Virus record (IMG/VR): IMGVR_UViG_3300035670_000167
Span: 5,634 to 69,633 of that record
Direction: 5' to 3' (one strand)
From: a virus
DNA: 64,000 nucleotides
This document shows positions 59,579 through 64,000 of the stretch, one piece after another. Both the position numbers and the translations under genes were made by a program. The notes beneath the pieces are model-generated. The model saw only the letters and a program-made list of their open reading frames with translations. It was not told where the DNA came from and searched no databases. Positions within the stretch are counted from its first letter, which is position 1, and the number at the start of each line of letters is the position of its first letter.

Positions 59579-60322
59579 TTACATTATACCTCCAACAATA
59601 TTATTAGCTATATTTTCAGCAATTAAAAACATTGTACCATTCGAACCGGCAATAGGTTGAATTTGTGCCGATGCACCACCAGCACTTATAGCTACGTTAA
59701 ATGTAGTATGTCCTGCTGCTGTAGTGCTACCACTAAAAATAATATGACGTTGAGTTGCGTTTGTATTTCTAATCCAAACTCTAACTTGTCTTCCTGAAGA
59801 CAGGTTACTAATAATTAAACTTCGGGTTGTGGTAAAAGAAGCTACCCAATATAAGGATTGAGTTAAAGAAGCATCAACTGTTACATTTCCATCTGTGGTC
59901 CGTGAAAAACCAGCTAGAGAATCTCTATTTAATATACCTGCTCTAAGTTCACCTGTTGAAGGATTAAAAGTTAAATTAGAATCACTATAAAAAGATTCTC
60001 GTGCAGGAGAACCAGGGTTAGCATCAACAAATGTAGGATAAAAAATTGCATTAGTGTTATTTTGAACTACTAAACTTTGAGATGAATATAATCCCCAAGA
60101 AGATGTATTAGCTATTGAAGATGTTACTGTAAGATTATTTGTAGTTGCATTATATGTAAATGTAGAACTATCAACTCTAGGTAACCGACCCCCAGATGTA
60201 CTATCTACAAATACAGGGTAATAAGGTCCTGTACCTGTTGAGGTATTAGTTATATTGATAGTTGATGATGTGTTAGCTAATGATGATGTAATAGCTACTC
60301 CGTTTATTGCTGTAACTCCCAT
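59579..60322 (-). CDS. Short fibre-like structural protein
   Basis: Two YP.FVD...DS..T(Y/F)N..T..L repeats, Thr/Ser-rich. Confidence 0.65.
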   Translation of the reverse strand: MGVTAINGVAITSSLANTSSTINITNTSTGTGPYYPVFVDSTSGGRLPRVDSSTFTYNATTNNLTVTSSIANTSSWGLYSSQSLVVQNNTNAIFYPTFVDANPGSPARESFYSDSNLTFNPSTGELRAGILNRDSLAGFSRTTDGNVTVDASLTQSLYWVASFTTTRSLIISNLSSGRQVRVWIRNTNATQRHIIFSGSTTAAGHTTFNVAISAGGASAQIQPIAGSNGTMFLIAENIANNIVGGIM

Positions 60323-60336
60323 AATTTATATTTTAT

Positions 60337-60969
60337 TTACCAAAAACCTGAAAAGTTTGATTTTAAACCTAATAATTTAGCATATCGTGGTAAACGACAT
60401 GACCAATATGATGCTTTTGTTCTATCATTACGAGTTGAACATTTATGTCTTTTAGCAAAAGCAGTTCTTGCTTTTGAATTATTAATTTTTGCTTTTAACC
60501 CACCTGAACCAAAGCGTACTGTTTTAATTCGTTTGGTTTTAGGATCACGCACATATACTTTATAAGCTTTACCACCTGATGTTGAACGCATTGGTTTTCC
60601 AATGGGTGGGTCTTTCTTTTTGGTTTTAGCTTCATTTAAATTGAATTCCTCATCTTCCATAATAAAATCTAAAGGAACACGAGTACCATCTTCTAAGATA
60701 CCATATTCACCTAAATTAGTTTCAGTTAAAATAGATAAATCATCAGCATTGGTTACTTCAATTATACCACGAGAATATAAAGTACGTGCTTCAGCCCATA
60801 AATTAAAATAATTTGATGAACCTGCACGATATACATGTTCTGTAAGCGGTTTTTTATTGTCTATATGGTATTTTAAACCCTCAGACAATATCTCACGCGG
60901 TGCTAAATTTTCATTTAACATAAGCGCAGGTTTTTTAGTATCACAAGTATTGCATCCGCAGCTACACAT
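60337..60969 (-). CDS. Conserved phage protein with basic C-terminal domain
   Basis: N-terminal CxCxCxxC and C-terminal KVYV.DP..G...F..RH.C...YWSCR. Confidence 0.7.
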   Translation of the reverse strand: MCSCGCNTCDTKKPALMLNENLAPREILSEGLKYHIDNKKPLTEHVYRAGSSNYFNLWAEARTLYSRGIIEVTNADDLSILTETNLGEYGILEDGTRVPLDFIMEDEEFNLNEAKTKKKDPPIGKPMRSTSGGKAYKVYVRDPKTKRIKTVRFGSGGLKAKINNSKARTAFAKRHKCSTRNDRTKASYWSCRLPRYAKLLGLKSNFSGFW

Positions 60970-60988
60970 ATATTTTTTATTATAAATA

Positions 60989-62416
60989 TTAATATGCTTT
61001 AATAAATACAGAACTTATATCGCTCTGGCTTTTAGCATAGTTTATCAAGGAAGATATAAATATGTTTCTTTGTCTTTTAGGAGCAGATGATACTATATCA
61101 ATAAGATTAAGTGCTAAAAATTTTGAATATTTTTTATCATCTCCTGCTTCTTTATAAAAATTATCGAATTCACCTTGAACGTGTTTTTCAAATAAATTTT
61201 TAAATTCAGTTTCAAACTCAGGGGTTGGATTTTTAACTAAATTTCTTACTTCAGAAGGGTCTTTAGTTTGAGGTAATCCTACTTTAGATAATAATTGATT
61301 AACTAATCCTAAAGATACTTTACCGTGTTTTGCCTCAGTTCCAATAATTTCACCTTGAAACCCAGACATATTTTCAAATGTTCTAAATTGAATTTTACCA
61401 CCTGAGTAGTTAATATAGGCATCTTTGGATTTATCACTTGAAGATACACTTTCGTAAGTATATTGTTGTTTAGGAGAATCGTTAACAACATCAATTTTAG
61501 CATCTGATGTTTTCTTTAAAGATACTCCTATCAATTTATTAGAATCAAATAATTTTTTAATTAAAGCATTTAATTCATTAATTTCAGTAGGAAATTCTGT
61601 TGACTTAACTTCAGGATTAACCATCCAAATATCAGCAGGATTCCATTTATTTATATTTCCAGTTTCACCTGATTCTTTTAATGCTAGTTTAGCTGCTGTA
61701 TTTATTCTATCTACAAATTCAGAACCTCTATGAAATTCAAAATTACCAGGATATGAGGAAGCTAATTTATTTGCTATTGAAATAGAAGAAGTCATCCAAT
61801 CTGGGTTAGAATTTAAAAATGATTCTATTTCTTCTATACTATTAGTAGTGTTTGAAGTAGATTTAGCTTTAGAATAATTTTCAGGAGTTAAATCTTCTTT
61901 TGATATATCTTTTCCTAAAACATTATATCTAATAGAATTAACTACTGCTTGTGCAGATTCAGCTAAAGCTGTATTTGCGGCACCACCTCCTGAACCTTTA
62001 CCCCCACCAAATTCTGCTGATTTTTTTAATTTTCCTGAAGATAAAGTGACTGATGTTCCATTTGAATCTCCAGTTACTGTGATTTTTTTAGCTTTATTTA
62101 ATGCTTGAATTAAATCGTCTTGAGATGAAGATTTATTAAAATCAACGCCATCAATATTAACTTTATTTAAAGTAATAGTTCCTCCATCTTCTAATTCAAA
62201 AGAACTATCATTAAACAATTTTTCAATAAATTTAGGAATACGAGGTGCTCTTTTTTGTAATTCAGCAGGTGTTAAACCTTCATTTACTTTTACATCAATA
62301 TTAAATTTTTCTAATAATTGTTCCAATAAAAGAATATCCTGCTCATTATTCATGTCAGGATATCCTTTATCAAATTTATAAGAAAATTTTTTAAAAAATA
62401 TGTCGAAAACGTTCAT
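60989..62416 (-). CDS. PD-(D/E)xK-type endonuclease-like protein
   Basis: AES helix, KWNPADIW, GVSLKK core. N-terminal KGYPD..N..D..LL leader. Confidence 0.6.
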   Translation of the reverse strand: MNVFDIFFKKFSYKFDKGYPDMNNEQDILLLEQLLEKFNIDVKVNEGLTPAELQKRAPRIPKFIEKLFNDSSFELEDGGTITLNKVNIDGVDFNKSSSQDDLIQALNKAKKITVTGDSNGTSVTLSSGKLKKSAEFGGGKGSGGGAANTALAESAQAVVNSIRYNVLGKDISKEDLTPENYSKAKSTSNTTNSIEEIESFLNSNPDWMTSSISIANKLASSYPGNFEFHRGSEFVDRINTAAKLALKESGETGNINKWNPADIWMVNPEVKSTEFPTEINELNALIKKLFDSNKLIGVSLKKTSDAKIDVVNDSPKQQYTYESVSSSDKSKDAYINYSGGKIQFRTFENMSGFQGEIIGTEAKHGKVSLGLVNQLLSKVGLPQTKDPSEVRNLVKNPTPEFETEFKNLFEKHVQGEFDNFYKEAGDDKKYSKFLALNLIDIVSSAPKRQRNIFISSLINYAKSQSDISSVFIKAY

Positions 62417-62418
62417 GT

Positions 62419-62895
62419 TTATGCTGTTGTTTCTTCTTCTTCAGCTGCTGGTTCTTCTGCTGCTGGTTCTTCTGCTGTTCCTTCAGCTGGGGCTTCTCCT
62501 TCTGCAGGAGTTGGAGCTCCATATGCTAACAATCTAGCAATAGATTCGGCAGCCATTTCTTCTTCACCTAAGTTTAATAAATAATATTTTTTACCTTCAA
62601 CTTGAGCAATCCAACTTCTTTCAGTATAAATTAACATAAAATTTTCGTCGTTACCAAGTACAATTCTAAATGTTGTTGGACGAGGAGCAACCCATTCTAT
62701 AGCTTTCATAAAGACCTCATACTGATCAGTTAAAAGATCTGTAATTATGTCTTTTAATTTTGGAAATTTAGTTAAAACAGGGAATTTTTCAGCATCAAGA
62801 GTAACCTCTCCACCTTTATCTAAATCGATGGTTTTAGCTTTATACGTTTTTTGTACAAGCATTTTGATTTTATCTCTTAATTCGCTTTTTTTCAT
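62419..62895 (-). CDS. Hypothetical protein, acidic tail
   Basis: MKKSELRDKIK start, PRPTTFRI motif, EEPAA repeats. Confidence 0.7.
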   Translation of the reverse strand: MKKSELRDKIKMLVQKTYKAKTIDLDKGGEVTLDAEKFPVLTKFPKLKDIITDLLTDQYEVFMKAIEWVAPRPTTFRIVLGNDENFMLIYTERSWIAQVEGKKYYLLNLGEEEMAAESIARLLAYGAPTPAEGEAPAEGTAEEPAAEEPAAEEEETTA

Positions 62896-63977
62896 TATTT
62901 AGACTTTAACTGCTTAACTATTTTTTCTGCTAAATAAGGTTTAATTATTTTTTCAGCTGTTTCAATTTTATCATCATTCATAGCTTTTCTTGCTTGTTTG
63001 ATATTATTTTGATCATCAGCTGCTTTATTTTTTGGATCTTTTAAAGCTTTAGTAATTTTAGCAGCTAATTTATCTACTTTAGTTGTTTCACCTTCCATCA
63101 TTGAAGCTTCAGGTTCATTCATATTAGATTCTTTACCTGTTAAGGTATCTACAGCAGCATCAATAGCTGGTTCTTTTAGTTCAAAGTCAAGATAATGTTT
63201 AGCTGAAACCATATTATTCATAGCAGTAGTTATTTTTGATTGCCACCAACCTGGGAAATCAATTTCTTGGCCTGTTTCTTCTAATTCATCAGTTATAGCA
63301 TATAATTCCATAGCGTATTTTCCAATACGATATAGTTCTGCTTTAATCATATGTGGTTCATTATCTTCGTGACCTAAGTCGATATCTTCTTTCATTTCTC
63401 CTTTTGCTTTTTTGATAGCAGCATCACGCTTTAAAAGATAATCTTTAGAATCGATATCTCCGTCTCCGTCCATATCTTCTTTTTTACCTTCTTTTAAAGC
63501 AAGTTTGTCTGGGGCGTATTGGTTATAAAGATTTTTGGCTTCTTTACCATATCCCATAGCATCTAATTGTTTTACAAGTTTTAAAAGATTATCATTTTGG
63601 GCTTCTCTTTCAGGATTAATATAATCAGCCATGAAATACCACCAATCGTTAGTTTTTAAACCTTTCTCCAATTCATCCATCATCATAGATACTTGGCCTA
63701 GTTCTTGTTCTCCTTCATATCTATCAGCACCAACTTCAATATCCGCTTCTTGCATTAATGCTTTGCGAACCATTTCTTTAAGTTTATTTTTGTTTTCTGA
63801 TTCTGCCATTTTTTTAGCTATGTTTGTTGCACGTCCATACATGACTGCTTCAGCATCTTTGCCGTAGCGTTTAACAAGAGCGGACTTGTTTTTCTTCAAG
63901 TCCTTAATTACTTTTTCTCTTGCTTCTAATTCGGCTTTTGTAAGCTTCTTTTCAGTTATATTACTTTTTGTCTTCAT
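62895..63977 (-). CDS. Mosaic putative internal head protein
   Basis: Multiple modules separated by hydrophobic-x-E sites. Dx(D/N)xDG loop DMDGDGDIDSKD and PGWWQSKIT motif. Confidence 0.65.
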   Translation of the reverse strand: MKTKSNITEKKLTKAELEAREKVIKDLKKNKSALVKRYGKDAEAVMYGRATNIAKKMAESENKNKLKEMVRKALMQEADIEVGADRYEGEQELGQVSMMMDELEKGLKTNDWWYFMADYINPEREAQNDNLLKLVKQLDAMGYGKEAKNLYNQYAPDKLALKEGKKEDMDGDGDIDSKDYLLKRDAAIKKAKGEMKEDIDLGHEDNEPHMIKAELYRIGKYAMELYAITDELEETGQEIDFPGWWQSKITTAMNNMVSAKHYLDFELKEPAIDAAVDTLTGKESNMNEPEASMMEGETTKVDKLAAKITKALKDPKNKAADDQNNIKQARKAMNDDKIETAEKIIKPYLAEKIVKQLKSK

Positions 63978-64000
63978 CGATTGACGCTTTTCTGTATTCG
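63961..64000 (-). CDS. 3' end of upstream gene, possibly Hc1/histone H1-like protein
   Basis: Translates ...EYRKASIDEDKK*, resembling the EFRKAS...KK C-terminus of Bacteroidota Hc1 proteins. Only 12 codons visible. Confidence 0.35.
   Translation of the reverse strand, partial: EYRKASIDEDKK

Noticed and set aside
7363-63867. Short plus-strand ORFs antisense to conserved genes (e.g. 22454..22975, 46822..47160, 52929..53321)
   Set aside because: They overlap well-supported minus-strand genes, mostly in the codon-antiparallel frame, and show no recognisable motifs.
1-64000. Stop-codon reassignment, as seen in some large phages
   Set aside because: Core genes are full length in code 11, and TGA and TAG terminate genes at tight junctions (e.g. 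53572, 55228, 57966, 19848).
1-64000. tRNA genes, integrase, transposase or DGR reverse transcriptase
   Set aside because: Intergenic gaps are short and accounted for by promoters and terminators. No cloverleaf or relevant protein motifs were seen by eye.

Overview
This window is a 64-kb AT-rich segment of a large T4-like myovirus genome, with every credible gene on the minus strand. In transcription order (right to left) it carries putative internal head proteins and a PD-(D/E)xK nuclease, a small metabolic cluster (FAD oxidoreductase, cupins, NMP-kinase-like protein), terminase, portal, prohead protease, scaffold and major capsid protein. Next come an ArgZ-like arginine dihydrolase/amidinotransferase, a pyruvoyl (PSD-like) decarboxylase and PhoH in one operon, then neck proteins. 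These are followed by a giant 2732-aa Gly-X-Ser/Thr triplet fibre and, directly after it, three glycosyltransferase genes including a TibC/AAH-type protein O-heptosyltransferase. The remainder is tail sheath, tube, chaperones, tape measure and baseplate, a replication block (short family-A polymerase, gp32-like SSB, UvsX/RecA, 5'-3' exonuclease, gp41-like helicase, NrdB/NrdA), an EF-hand membrane protein and a truncated DUF285-repeat surface protein. Bipartite TTGG-N19-TATATT(T/A) promoters and A-rich, Shine-Dalgarno-less starts point to a Bacteroidota host. A second motif, ATATTTATA (the reverse complement of the T4 late promoter), precedes most structural genes. The best candidate for an undescribed system is the phage-encoded protein-glycosylation cassette acting on a Ser/Thr collagen-like virion fibre roughly 0.7 micrometre long. 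Second is the arginine dihydrolase plus pyruvoyl decarboxylase operon inside the head module. All family assignments come from motif recognition by eye, not from database searches.
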